A DNA stretch of 32,000 nt from an uncultured Nitrospiraceae bacterium (GCA_963825145.1 CAWGSC010000002.1:207296-239295); one strand, 5' to 3'; numbered from the stretch's first letter, positions 1 to 8,428 are shown. Notes: generated by a model not told the origin, from the letters alone. Translations and numbers: made by a program.

Positions 1-300
1 CGTGGTGGCTTTCCACGGCGGTCGATATAAGACAAAATCACCGTAGCGTGTGACAAGGAAATCGATGATCTCCTTGTCACTCATATCTTTTGCGATCATC
101 TCACGCACTTCCCGGCGCAAATCTTCGGCCAACGGCGCGTTCGAATCGGCTAACGTCTGGTTCTGACAGACCAAGCAGCGCAGCTCAACGGCGAGGAGTT
201 TCAGTCGAGCCTCAACCTGCGGGTTCGCGGCGAGTGGCTGAGCCTCGTTCGCCGTAGCGAGACTTGGAAGTAGCAGCATGAGCATCCACAGCCATTTCAC
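1..300 (-). CDS. ccmH: Cytochrome c-type biogenesis protein CcmH, N-terminal part (3' end runs off the left edge)
   Basis: Not in the ORF track (partial). My minus-strand translation from GTG at 300 gives VKWLWMLMLLLPSLATANE..VEARLKLLAVELRCLVCQNQTLADSNAPLAEDLRREVREMI..DFLVTRYGDFVLYRPPW. It has a signal peptide plus the LRCxxCQ motif of CcmH. The GTG overlaps the ccmG stop (GTGA). An alternative in-frame ATG lies at 285. Confidence 0.8.
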   Translation of the reverse strand, partial: MKWLWMLMLLLPSLATANEAQPLAANPQVEARLKLLAVELRCLVCQNQTLADSNAPLAEDLRREVREMIAKDMSDKEIIDFLVTRYGDFVLYRPPWKATT

Positions 301-824
301 TGGTTTTGCAACTCCCTGACTAAAGGTAAAATCTTTTTTTCCAAGATGTCCTCCCGTAGCGGGCCTATCTGCTTGTAGCGGATAACCCCGGCCTTATCGA
401 TCACATAGGTTTCCGGTACCCCGTAGACTCCGTAGTTAATCCCGACACGCCCCGGCTCATCCACGGCGACGACCGAATAGGGATTGCCCCACTCCTTCAA
501 CCACGCCAGGGCCTCGTTCCGCTGATCCTTATAGTCCATGCCGTAGATGGGCACCTCCCCTGATTGGGCAAGGTGGATGAGCACCGGGTGCTCGTCCTTA
601 CAGCCCCCGCACCACGACGCCCAGAAGTTGAGCAGCCAGACCTTGCCCTTGAGGTCGTTCGACGAAATCACTTTCCCTGGATCATGGAGCTGCGGCAGTG
701 AAAAATCAGGCGCCGCCTTCCCAACTAAAGGAGACGGCAACTCACGCGGGTTGAGCGTCAGCCCGACGGCAAGAAAACCGACCACGACAATGAAGATCCC
801 GAACGGGATGAGAAACCGGCTCAT
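297..824 (-). CDS. ccmG: Thiol:disulfide oxidoreductase CcmG/DsbE (cytochrome c maturation)
   Basis: ORF 297..884 starts at a GTG. I trimmed it to the ATG at 824 (MSRFLIPFGIFIVVVGF..), which forms an ATGA overlap with the ccmF stop. It has an N-terminal membrane anchor, a thioredoxin-fold active site FWASWCGGCKDEHP and a GVYGVPETY motif. Confidence 0.9.
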   Translation of the reverse strand: MSRFLIPFGIFIVVVGFLAVGLTLNPRELPSPLVGKAAPDFSLPQLHDPGKVISSNDLKGKVWLLNFWASWCGGCKDEHPVLIHLAQSGEVPIYGMDYKDQRNEALAWLKEWGNPYSVVAVDEPGRVGINYGVYGVPETYVIDKAGVIRYKQIGPLREDILEKKILPLVRELQNQ

Positions 825-2812
825 GATACGGTCTGGCGCGCCATCTGCGTCGCTGGCGGCACTGCGGCCTCTTTCCGCCGCCACGCCAGCCGATAGCGCC
901 GATCACTGACAGCCAGGACGCCGCCCAAAGCCATGACCAAACAACCTCCCCAGATCCAATCGATGAAGGGCTTGTGATAGAGCCGTACGCTCCAGGCTCC
1001 GCCCTCGATCGGCTCGCCCAACGACACGTACAGATCGCGCAACAACCCCGGTGAAATTGCCGCTTCGGTCATCGTCTGGTTCTGCACGAAGTAGCGGCGC
1101 TTTTCGGGATACATCACCGTCACCTCACGGCCATTCTGGCTCACATGAAATGTCCCTCTCGCCGCAACATAGTTCGGGCCATTGACCTGTTGTGTCCCGT
1201 CAAAACGGAACGTGTAGCCGCCGATCGTGGCCGTCTCACCGACGTTCATCCGAACGTCTTGCTCCACTTCAAAGCCCTTCACCATGGTCACGCCGAGAAT
1301 GAATAGGGCCACGCCGCAGTGGGCCAGTACCATGCCCCAATAGGCGCGTGGCAGGGCGACCACGCGGCCCCCAATGCTGCCGCCCTCGGCATGGAGCAGC
1401 CGCTCCCGCAGATCCACCAGGATCGTCGCCAGAATCCAGAAGGCCAGCAGGAGCCCCAGACTGATCAGCGGCGTCCATTGCCCCATGAGCCACGGCACCG
1501 CCACGGCTGTCGCCAGGCTGACGCCGAAGGCCCAGCGCAGGCGGATGGCCAAGGCGGGCAGGCTCGCCTGCTTCCATTGGGCCAGCGGCCCGATCCCCAT
1601 CAAAAAGATAGCGGGGGTCATCAGAGGGAGAAAAACGGTGTCGAAGTACGGCGGGCCGACCGAGATTTTACCAAGATCCAGCGCATCCAAGAACAAGGGA
1701 TACAGCGTCCCGAGGAGCACGGAGCCCAAGGCCGCCACCAACAACACATTGTTTGCCAGTAACATCCCCTCGCGTGAAATCATGGCGAACCCCCCGCCCA
1801 AACCCACGCGGGGCGCCCGCCACGCGAACAAGACTAACGAGCCGCCGATCACCACGGCCAGGAACACGAGAATGAATAAGCCACGCTTCGGGTCGGTGGC
1901 AAACGCATGCACAGAAGTCAACACGCCGGAGCGGACCAAGAAGGTTCCGAGCAAACTGAGCGAGAACGCCATAATGGCGAGCAACACACTCCAGGCTTTG
2001 AAGCCGCCTCGCTTATCGGTGACCGCCAGCGAGTGCATCAATGCGGTGCCGGCCAGCCAAGGCATGAAGGAGGCATTTTCGACCGGGTCCCAAAACCACC
2101 AGCCACCCCATCCCAGTTCGTAATAGGCCCACCCGCTCCCCATCGCAACTCCCACGGTCATAAAACACCAGGCCACAGTCGTCCACGGGCGCGACCAGCG
2201 CGCCCAGGCAGCATCAAGCGTCCCCCCTAAGAGCGCAGCGATGGCAAAGGAAAACGCGACGGAGAATCCCACGTACCCCATGTAGAGCATCGGCGGATGG
2301 ATCACCATACCGGGATCTTGTAGGAGCGGGTTTAGATCGCGCCCATCAAGGGCCGCTGGGATCAACCGCTCAAACGGATTGGAGACCGTCAACATGAATA
2401 AAAGAAATCCCACGCTGACAAGACCCATCACACCCAAGATGCGTGCGCGCATCGCCTCCGGCAGTTGGGTGGAGAAGAACGAGACGGCGACCATCCAGAT
2501 ACTGAGGATGAACATCCAGAGAAGCAGCGAGCCCTCGTGCGCGCCCCAAATGGCTGCGAGGCGGTAATGCAGAGGGAGTTGAGAGTTTGACGTGGCCGCG
2601 ACGTAGAGCACGGAGAAGTCTTTCTCCGCAAAGGCATACCCCAGACAACAAAAAGCGAGTAGAACCAGGAGAAATTGCCCGCGCGCCGCGGGCTTGGCGA
2701 CGGCCATCAGCGACGCGTTTCCCACGGCAGCGCCATAGATGGGCAGGCTCCCCTGCACCACCGCCACGCAGAGCGCAAGAATTAAGGCATAATGACCAAT
2801 TTCTGGAATCAT
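821..2812 (-). CDS. ccmF: Cytochrome c heme lyase subunit CcmF
   Basis: 663-aa polytopic membrane protein with the Trp-rich heme-handling motif WGGWWFWDPVENASFMPW. It has an ATG start with AGGAG upstream and sits between ccmE and ccmG. Confidence 0.93.
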   Translation of the reverse strand: MIPEIGHYALILALCVAVVQGSLPIYGAAVGNASLMAVAKPAARGQFLLVLLAFCCLGYAFAEKDFSVLYVAATSNSQLPLHYRLAAIWGAHEGSLLLWMFILSIWMVAVSFFSTQLPEAMRARILGVMGLVSVGFLLFMLTVSNPFERLIPAALDGRDLNPLLQDPGMVIHPPMLYMGYVGFSVAFSFAIAALLGGTLDAAWARWSRPWTTVAWCFMTVGVAMGSGWAYYELGWGGWWFWDPVENASFMPWLAGTALMHSLAVTDKRGGFKAWSVLLAIMAFSLSLLGTFLVRSGVLTSVHAFATDPKRGLFILVFLAVVIGGSLVLFAWRAPRVGLGGGFAMISREGMLLANNVLLVAALGSVLLGTLYPLFLDALDLGKISVGPPYFDTVFLPLMTPAIFLMGIGPLAQWKQASLPALAIRLRWAFGVSLATAVAVPWLMGQWTPLISLGLLLAFWILATILVDLRERLLHAEGGSIGGRVVALPRAYWGMVLAHCGVALFILGVTMVKGFEVEQDVRMNVGETATIGGYTFRFDGTQQVNGPNYVAARGTFHVSQNGREVTVMYPEKRRYFVQNQTMTEAAISPGLLRDLYVSLGEPIEGGAWSVRLYHKPFIDWIWGGCLVMALGGVLAVSDRRYRLAWRRKEAAVPPATQMARQTVS

Positions 2813-2820
2813 GTAGGCTC

Positions 2821-3288
2821 CTAGCGTGGATTGACGACCAGAGTGCCGCTGCTCTGCACCCCTACGGTCTTGGCTTTGGCGAGCGCGTCCGCGGCTTCCG
2901 GTGGCATATAGTTTTCATCGTGCTTCGCCAGCACTTCACTCGCTAGGAATGCTCCATTGGCACCGAGTTGACCCTGGGCTACTACTCCCTTGCCTTCCTT
3001 GAAGAGGTCCGGCAGGATTCCTTTGAACGTCACGGGCACGCGTTTCGCCATATCGGTCACGACAAAATGCACGGTTAGTCCATCGCCTTCACGGGTGAGA
3101 CTGCCGGCTTCGACCATCCCGCCGATGCGGAAGCTGCGCCCCTGGGGCACGTCCCCATTGGCCGCCTGCGTCGGCGTATAAAAGAACACAAGATTGCTTT
3201 GGAATGCATTCAGTACTAACGCCGATGCCACCCCCAGCGCGACCAAACCCAGGCCGATGAGAACAAACCGTTTCTGTCGAGGTTTCAT
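2821..3288 (-). CDS. ccmE: Heme chaperone CcmE
   Basis: 155 aa with an N-terminal anchor ([19 protein letters not shown]) and a C-terminal [12 protein letters not shown] containing the heme-binding His of the conserved HDENY-type motif. Confidence 0.92.
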   Translation of the reverse strand: MKPRQKRFVLIGLGLVALGVASALVLNAFQSNLVFFYTPTQAANGDVPQGRSFRIGGMVEAGSLTREGDGLTVHFVVTDMAKRVPVTFKGILPDLFKEGKGVVAQGQLGANGAFLASEVLAKHDENYMPPEAADALAKAKTVGVQSSGTLVVNPR

Positions 3289-3313
3289 TGTCTCTGGTTC
3301 CTCCTACAACCCA

Positions 3314-3457
3314 TCACGATTCCCTGGCCGCCGCATGCCGCCGCCAGACCGCAAGGACTTCCCCCCCCATGCACAAGGCCGTAGCACCGAACGAACTCCA
3401 TACATAGAGGCCGTATCCACCCATCGCGAAAAACTCCGCCAGGCTTCCCCACTGCAT
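3314..3457 (-). CDS. ccmD: Heme exporter protein CcmD (47 aa)
   Basis: An internal Met of ORF 3314..3676 gives MQWGSLAEFFAMGGYGLYVWSSFGATALCMGGEVLAVWRRHAAARES, a single-TM protein. Its ATG shares one base with the ccmC TGA (TGATG on the minus strand at 3459-3455). Size and position between ccmC and ccmE are typical. Confidence 0.75.
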   Translation of the reverse strand: MQWGSLAEFFAMGGYGLYVWSSFGATALCMGGEVLAVWRRHAAARES

Positions 3458-4218
3458 CAGCGCGCCTCCGCGACGTCCGGGATCGAGGCCTGCTTGCCCC
3501 ACGCCGGCTGCCGCTCCCGCTCGACAATCACACACCGCACGCGGGCCAGCGTCACCGCGATGCTGTACATCCAGAAGCCGGCCATCATCACCAACATCGC
3601 CGTCACCATTGTTCCCGCCATCGTTGGCGCCGCCGTGATGCTGACAGAGGCCCCTTGATGCAATGTGTTCCACCACCGCACGGAAAAATAGATGATCGGA
3701 ACATTAATCACCCCTACAAGCGCCAAGACGGCGCTGGCGCGATCTGCGCGGCGCAGATCGTCGATCGACGATCGCAACAAGATGATCCCGATATATTGAA
3801 ACAGAAGAATCAATTCAGACGTCAGCCGGGCATCCCACACCCACCAGGCCCCCCAGGTCGGTTTGCCCCACATCGACCCGGTGAACAGCGCGAGGAACGT
3901 AAACATGGCTCCGGTCGGAGCGATGGCCTGCGCCATCATAAACGAGGGACGCGCATTGAGCCCTAGTCCGATACCAGCCCAGATTGCCATGATGACGTAG
4001 AGAAACATGGACATCCAGGCAGCCGGAACATGGACAAAGATAATGCGGTAGGCATCGCCTTGTGTCACATCAGTCGGAGCGATGAAGAATCCCACGTAAA
4101 GGCCGACCGCAATCAGTCCCACAGCAGCGGCAGCAAACCACGGGATCATCCGTCCGGCTAACGGGTGAAACGCCTGTGGTGATGAATATTTAAACCAGTT
4201 TATGCCTGTGGCACTCAT
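3457..4218 (-). CDS. ccmC: Heme exporter/heme-handling protein CcmC
   Basis: 253-aa polytopic protein with the WWD motif WGKPTWGAWWVWDARLTSE. Confidence 0.92.
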   Translation of the reverse strand: MSATGINWFKYSSPQAFHPLAGRMIPWFAAAAVGLIAVGLYVGFFIAPTDVTQGDAYRIIFVHVPAAWMSMFLYVIMAIWAGIGLGLNARPSFMMAQAIAPTGAMFTFLALFTGSMWGKPTWGAWWVWDARLTSELILLFQYIGIILLRSSIDDLRRADRASAVLALVGVINVPIIYFSVRWWNTLHQGASVSITAAPTMAGTMVTAMLVMMAGFWMYSIAVTLARVRCVIVERERQPAWGKQASIPDVAEAR

Positions 4219-4227
4219 GACGATCTC

Positions 4228-4911
4228 TTAGTCCAATGCAATGCGTAATGCAACAGCCGTGGCCCATGGCGCAAACGCGAGCGAGAGCAGAAAACAGGCT
4301 CCGAGTAACGACAGATTCGCTTCGCTACCGATTCCGGCCAAACTATTCGTGACGGCGCCGGCCCCAAAGATCAGCACCGGAATAAAAAGCGGAAGCACTA
4401 GGAGAGCAACCAGCAAGCCGCTCCCACGCAACCCAAGGGTCAGCGCAGCACCGATGGCCCCAATCATACTCAACGTCGGCGTACCAAGCAAGAGCGATAG
4501 CGTCAGTACCCACAGCGACTCCCCACTCAAACCGAATTGCAAGCCGAGCAGCGGCGAGAGCAGGACCACCGGCAAGCCGGAAATCACCCAATGCGCGAAC
4601 ACCTTGCCCACGACCAGAACAGCCAGCGGCTGAGGGATCAGAAGCGTCTGTTCCAACACACCATCGAGATAGTCAGCGGTGAATAGGCGCCCGAGTGACA
4701 ACAAACACGCAAGCAATGCCGTGACCCAGAGCACCCCGGAGGCGATCACCCTCAAAACCGCCTGCTCCGGCCCAACCCCCAACGGGAAGAGGCTCGCGAC
4801 GATAACGACGAAGAAGACCGACATCGCGACATCCGAACGGTGCCGCATGGCCAACAGGAGGTCCCGCCGGACAACCCCGCGCAATGCCTCACTCATACTG
4901 GGCTGACTCAT
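4228..4911 (-). CDS. ccmB: Heme exporter permease CcmB
   Basis: 227-aa hydrophobic protein with about 6 TM segments. Its ATG makes an ATGA overlap with the ccmA stop, and it is placed between ccmA and ccmC. Confidence 0.88.
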   Translation of the reverse strand: MSQPSMSEALRGVVRRDLLLAMRHRSDVAMSVFFVVIVASLFPLGVGPEQAVLRVIASGVLWVTALLACLLSLGRLFTADYLDGVLEQTLLIPQPLAVLVVGKVFAHWVISGLPVVLLSPLLGLQFGLSGESLWVLTLSLLLGTPTLSMIGAIGAALTLGLRGSGLLVALLVLPLFIPVLIFGAGAVTNSLAGIGSEANLSLLGACFLLSLAFAPWATAVALRIALD

Positions 4912-4921
4912 CGAGTCAGCC
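4901..4921 (-). other. Perfect 9-bp-stem hairpin centred on the ccmA-stop/ccmB-start overlap
   Basis: ggctgactc-atc-gagtcagcc (4901-4909 / 4913-4921). The ccmB ATG (4911-4909) lies at the loop/stem top. Confidence 0.5.
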
Positions 4922-5528
4922 TCAGGTGCTGAACGGAATCAGTTGGGAGGGCAATCTCCTGGTGCGTGGCGACCACGACCATACCGCCACTACTCAGATG
5001 CACCTGCAGGCGTTGGGTCAAGTAACTTGTGGCCGCAGTATCAAGGGAAGCGAACGGCTCATCCAAGAGCCATAACGGACGCGTAGAAAGCCAAAGACGC
5101 GCTAGTGTCACGCGGCGCTTTTGTCCTTGTGATAGTACCCTCGTCGGCAGACGATGAGCTGATCGTCCGAGACCAACAGCCTCCAACGCCTGTTGCACAG
5201 TTTCACCGGAACTTGCATCACCGGCCAGGTAGGCAGAGACCTTGAGGTTTTCGACCGGAGTGAGCTCGTCTTTGATTCCGTTGAGATGCCCTACATAGGT
5301 GAGCTGGGCAGTATAAAGTTCCTTGAGCTGGCGGATGTCTTTCTCCTGCCAAAGGATCGTGCCTTTATCTGGTGATAACAGGCCGCACAGCATACGGAGA
5401 AAGCTGGTTTTCCCGCTGCCGTTCTCACCAACCACAGCCAACAGAGTTCCTGGCTTGACCGTCACGCTGACGTCGGAGAACAGCTGTCGATCCCCGCGAC
5501 TGCCGCTCAGTGCGACGGTTTGGAACAT
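4908..5528 (-). CDS. ccmA: Heme exporter ATP-binding protein CcmA
   Basis: ORF 4908..5645 begins at a TTG. I trimmed it to the ATG at 5528 (MFQTVALSGSRGDRQLF..), which matches the usual CcmA N-terminus. Motifs: Walker A GENGSGKT, ABC signature LSQGQKRR, Walker B LWLLDEP. Confidence 0.88.
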   Translation of the reverse strand: MFQTVALSGSRGDRQLFSDVSVTVKPGTLLAVVGENGSGKTSFLRMLCGLLSPDKGTILWQEKDIRQLKELYTAQLTYVGHLNGIKDELTPVENLKVSAYLAGDASSGETVQQALEAVGLGRSAHRLPTRVLSQGQKRRVTLARLWLSTRPLWLLDEPFASLDTAATSYLTQRLQVHLSSGGMVVVATHQEIALPTDSVQHLRLTR

Positions 5529-5981
5529 ATTTCGAGGAATCCCACTGGGATTGAAGACAAATAATTGCCGTAGTGTCGAAGATTTAAGGGTCGTGCTGTT
5601 CGCAAACGTTTCGCCGACACGATCTGACGCCTCAATAAAATACAATCGTCTCTGACCGTTATTCCCTCCACAAAGTCGACGTCACCATAATGACAATTTG
5701 TGGCTTCGTAAAAAAAGAACACGCGCGAGCCCTGGGATTGTCGCCCATCTGACATCGGCAAGTCAAAGATGGTTTCGCGCGGTCCGGCATGAACCTATCC
5801 GGTTGCAAACCTACGATCAAATCCTGAGTACCGGAAAGGCATTCGTTGGACTCTCTTCTGGCCCACCACATGGAGGACAAACAAGACTCTCTCCGCACCG
5901 ACAACCAGTCCTGTCACGTCAGCGGCAGAACCGTTGGTCACGAATATCCGACCGAAAGGATGCTCCAAATAGGAGCTCTCC

Positions 5982-6035
5982 AATGTATACGTATACTGAT
6001 TTAATGTGTATGAATTACATATGTATCGTGTGTCG
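5982..6035. promoter_or_regulatory. AT-rich island with GTATACGTATAC palindrome and repeated ATGT(G)TAT motifs (function unknown)
   Basis: aatGTATACGTATACtgatttaatgtgtatgaattacatatgtatcgtgtg is strikingly AT-rich against GC-rich surroundings. It lies in the 0.9-kb divergent gap between ccmA and the first amoE/D-like gene. Confidence 0.2.
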
Positions 6036-6447
6036 GTGCATCAGGCACCACTGCTGTTTTCTATCGCGGCATTCCGCTCCCAACCTCATGGAAATGAATA
6101 GGGTCACCAACTCCGGTTCCCGGCTCCGGATGCCCATGTGGGAGAGCCTCGATAACTCGGCACGCAGTCCCCGTCCTTCATGACTCCGGTCAGGCATGGC
6201 TCATATCGGGCAGCCGGAGCCCAGGCCGAAACCAACAGAAAAACAATTTCGAGGTTTTCGCTTACCTCGCGAGGGGGGCTAGAATCTTGCCCTGCTTTAA
6301 TGGCATCATGGTAATACCACTTGATATCACATGTGGCCAGTCGCGCAACTATGCACTGGGATCGCTGAGCCGCATGGAACGCCGCCACCGTGGGCGGAAC
6401 GAGTTGCGCCTCCGCGCAAGGTCCCACACAGGAGGGTTCGACCTATT

Positions 6448-7038
6448 ATGAGGAGACAGATGACACGGGCAGGCGCAATCGTGCTCGTGCTTCTTGGTGC
6501 TGCACTGTACCTCCCCAGCCTAGCTGCCGCACATGGGGCAACCAGCGGAGAAGACGACCCGTGTTTGCGCAGAGTCGGTGAGCGCGTGGTGCACTTCAGC
6601 GCCTATCAGCCGCAATACGAGTTGAAAGATCAATACTGCACAGACATTCCCAAAGAAGGCGACACCTTTCTCGTCGTCGACCTCGTGGACCCGTCGCTGC
6701 GCAACGAGGCGGTCGGGATGCGGGTCGTGAAGGGAAACGGGAGCAATGAGGCAGAAGATCAGATTGTGGCCGATTTTCGTCCGAGCACCCACCCGGACGG
6801 AGTGCTCCGGGGCGAAGTCCGGCTGGACGAGGGCCTGTATACCGTCACCATTGCGGCGGAGAAGCAGAATCTGATGCGGCGCCCGCAGTATCTCTTGCGG
6901 GTACACATGACCGATTATCAGAAGCTGCTGCGCTCCGTGGGTATCCCATTGCTAGGCGTGTTGCTCGCGGCGTGGCTCGGGTACAAGCTTGTACGGTCGA
7001 AGTGGGTGCGGAATTGGTGGGCCGCCCCCCGGTCGTAG
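6448..7038 (+). CDS. Secreted, C-terminally membrane-anchored protein, divergent paralog 1 of the AmoE/AmoD (PmoD)-like trio
   Basis: ORF 6331..7038 trimmed to the ATG at 6448 (GGAGGG 11 nt upstream). It has the signal peptide MRRQMTRAGAIVLVLLGAALYLPSLAAA|HG, the conserved pattern C-x11-YQP-x8-C-x-D-I-P shared with the next two ORFs, and a C-terminal TM (IPLLGVLLAAWLGYKLV). The family assignment rests on architecture and on position next to copCD/amoCAB, not on a database search. Confidence 0.6.
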   Translation: MRRQMTRAGAIVLVLLGAALYLPSLAAAHGATSGEDDPCLRRVGERVVHFSAYQPQYELKDQYCTDIPKEGDTFLVVDLVDPSLRNEAVGMRVVKGNGSNEAEDQIVADFRPSTHPDGVLRGEVRLDEGLYTVTIAAEKQNLMRRPQYLLRVHMTDYQKLLRSVGIPLLGVLLAAWLGYKLVRSKWVRNWWAAPRS

Positions 7039-7107
7039 GAAGCCGGGCGTCCTGGCCCGCGCGCCCAATGGTATATGGTTCAACATTCGAGAGGGAGGAT
7101 CCTGACA

Positions 7108-7695
7108 ATGGCTGTGCAATTGCTGAAACCTGTCGGCTTGTGCGTCTTGATGCTGGCAATCGGGGTGCCTTTCTTCTCCACACAGGCCCAAGCTCACGGA
7201 GGGCTGGCACTGGCAGAGGACATGTGCAGACTCACGATCGGCCCGTACAACATGCACTTCACCGGCTATCAGCCTGACAACACGCGCAATAAGGAATTCT
7301 GCGAGGATATTCCGGCAACTGGTCGCACGGTCGTGGTGCTCGATTACATGGAAGATGCACTTCGCCCGTTGCCCACCGAGGTTCGAGTCATCAAGGATAC
7401 GGGCTCGGAGAAAGACCTTCAGGCCATCACGGTCCTTCACCTGCCGCCCAAGGTCTACCCCAACGGCACTGTCAATTTCGAATATAATTTCGACCAGCCC
7501 GGCAAATTCATCGGCCTGGTCACCGTAAGCGACAAGCAGATACATGTGTCGCGATTCCCGTTCTCGGTAGGGGAAACGAAGATTCCGTTGCCCCCCTCAT
7601 ACTTTTTGATTGCACTTGCAGGGGTTGCTGTTCTTGGGGTGGTCTTCTTTGCCCTGCGCGGGCGTGGCAAAACTTCTGGCAGTACCGTTTCATAG
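7108..7695 (+). CDS. AmoD/PmoD-like secreted, C-terminally anchored protein, paralog 2
   Basis: ORF 7075..7695 trimmed to the ATG at 7108 (GAGGGAGGA upstream). Signal peptide ..FFSTQAQA|HGG, then CRLTIGPYNMHFTGYQP..EFCEDIPATGRTVVVLDY, and a C-terminal TM YFLIALAGVAVLGVVFFAL. It is closely similar to paralog 3. Confidence 0.65.
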   Translation: MAVQLLKPVGLCVLMLAIGVPFFSTQAQAHGGLALAEDMCRLTIGPYNMHFTGYQPDNTRNKEFCEDIPATGRTVVVLDYMEDALRPLPTEVRVIKDTGSEKDLQAITVLHLPPKVYPNGTVNFEYNFDQPGKFIGLVTVSDKQIHVSRFPFSVGETKIPLPPSYFLIALAGVAVLGVVFFALRGRGKTSGSTVS

Positions 7696-7717
7696 GCGTC
7701 CGGCCATCCGATCCAAC

Positions 7718-7757
7718 GCGCCGGCGCAGTGCAACTCTGGTTCAACGAGGAAATTGA
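7718..7757 (+). pseudogene. Relic fragment of copC (codons for ..APAQ-RLWFNEEIE) in the gap between paralogs 2 and 3
   Basis: The 24-mer actctggttcaacgaggaaattga at 7734-7757 is identical to 8636-8659 inside copC. The preceding gcgccggcgcag (7718-7729) matches gcaccagcgcag (8619-8630) at 10/12. The 3' flank after the paralog-2 stop (taggcgtccggccatccgatc) also resembles that after the paralog-3 stop (taggcagccggtcatcggtcg). Confidence 0.7.
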
Positions 7758-7783
7758 GACGCCTAAAGATGAGGATACTGACG

Positions 7784-8371
7784 ATGTCTTTGCGATTTCT
7801 GAAACCTGCGGTCGTGTGTTTTTTGATGCTGGTGATGGGAGTTCCACTCTCCGCAGAGGCCCAGCACTTTCACGAATTGGACAAAAACTTCTGCATACTC
7901 AAGCTTGGACCCTACGGCATGCACCTTACCGAATATCAACCTGACACCTCAGCCGAAAGGGAACTCTGCGGGGATGTTCCGTCGACCGGCCGTACGGTAT
8001 TGGTGCTTGATTATATCGAAGGGGAACTCCGTTCGTTGCCCGTCGAGGTCCGGGTCGTCAAAGATACGGGATCGGAGCAGGATCTTCAGGCTATCACGGT
8101 CGTTCACCTGCCGCCCAAGGTCTACCCCGGAGGTTTCATCAATTTCGAATATAACTTCAACCAGCCCGGCAAATTCATTGGTGTGGTCACCGTTGGGGGC
8201 CCGCAGGAACATGTAGCGCGATTCCCGATCTCAGTCGGAGAATCGGGAGTGGTTTCGCACTTCATGCACTACATCATGGTCATCGTCCCGCTCGCAGCGA
8301 TCGCCGGTGGAGCGGCGATCTTCTTTTTCCTACGTGGTCGTCGCAAACCCTCGGTCAGCACCGTTTCGTAG
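7784..8371 (+). CDS. AmoD/PmoD-like secreted, C-terminally anchored protein, paralog 3
   Basis: ORF 7610..8371 trimmed to the ATG at 7784 by homology of the start region with paralog 2 (..gaggatactgacgATG vs ..ggaggatcctgacaATG; MSLRFLKPAVVCFLML vs MAVQLLKPVGLCVLML). Also CILKLGPYGMHLTEYQP..ELCGDVPSTGRTVLVLDY and a C-terminal TM. Confidence 0.65.
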   Translation: MSLRFLKPAVVCFLMLVMGVPLSAEAQHFHELDKNFCILKLGPYGMHLTEYQPDTSAERELCGDVPSTGRTVLVLDYIEGELRSLPVEVRVVKDTGSEQDLQAITVVHLPPKVYPGGFINFEYNFNQPGKFIGVVTVGGPQEHVARFPISVGESGVVSHFMHYIMVIVPLAAIAGGAAIFFFLRGRRKPSVSTVS

Positions 8372-8428
8372 GCAGCCGGTCATCGGTCGCCGTAGAGTAA
8401 TGCGCCGAAACAAGACAGCCAAATGGCC

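Noticed and set aside
1374-2123. 249-aa plus-strand ORF (and neighbours 1319..1762, 1907..2230) inside ccmF
   Set aside because: It is antisense to a well-supported ccmF. The composition is Arg/Pro/Ser/Ala-rich and low-complexity, typical of shadow ORFs in GC-rich DNA. There is no RBS and no recognisable motif.
5507-5983. Chain of minus-strand ORFs (5795..5983, 5507..5761) that join into one ~158-codon frame interrupted by a single TAG, with YVTN-repeat-like snippets (GRIFVTNGSAADVTGLVV)
   Set aside because: The similarity is only a few residues. The frame runs into the ccmA start region, and there is no RBS or signal sequence. It is possibly an old pseudogene but is not supportable from sequence alone.
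5698-6427. ORFs 5698..6183 (+), 6015..6197 (-) and 6104..6427 (-) in the ccmA/amoE-like intergenic region
   Set aside because: They have no RBS, no motifs, Cys/Arg/Ser-biased translations and mutually overlapping frames, so they were treated as non-coding.
6952-7545. 197-aa minus-strand ORF and other frames (6845..7210, 6972..7277, 7455..7847, 7949..8212) across the amoD-like paralogs
   Set aside because: The plus-strand frames give three mutually homologous proteins with signal peptides and TM anchors. The antisense frames have no such support.
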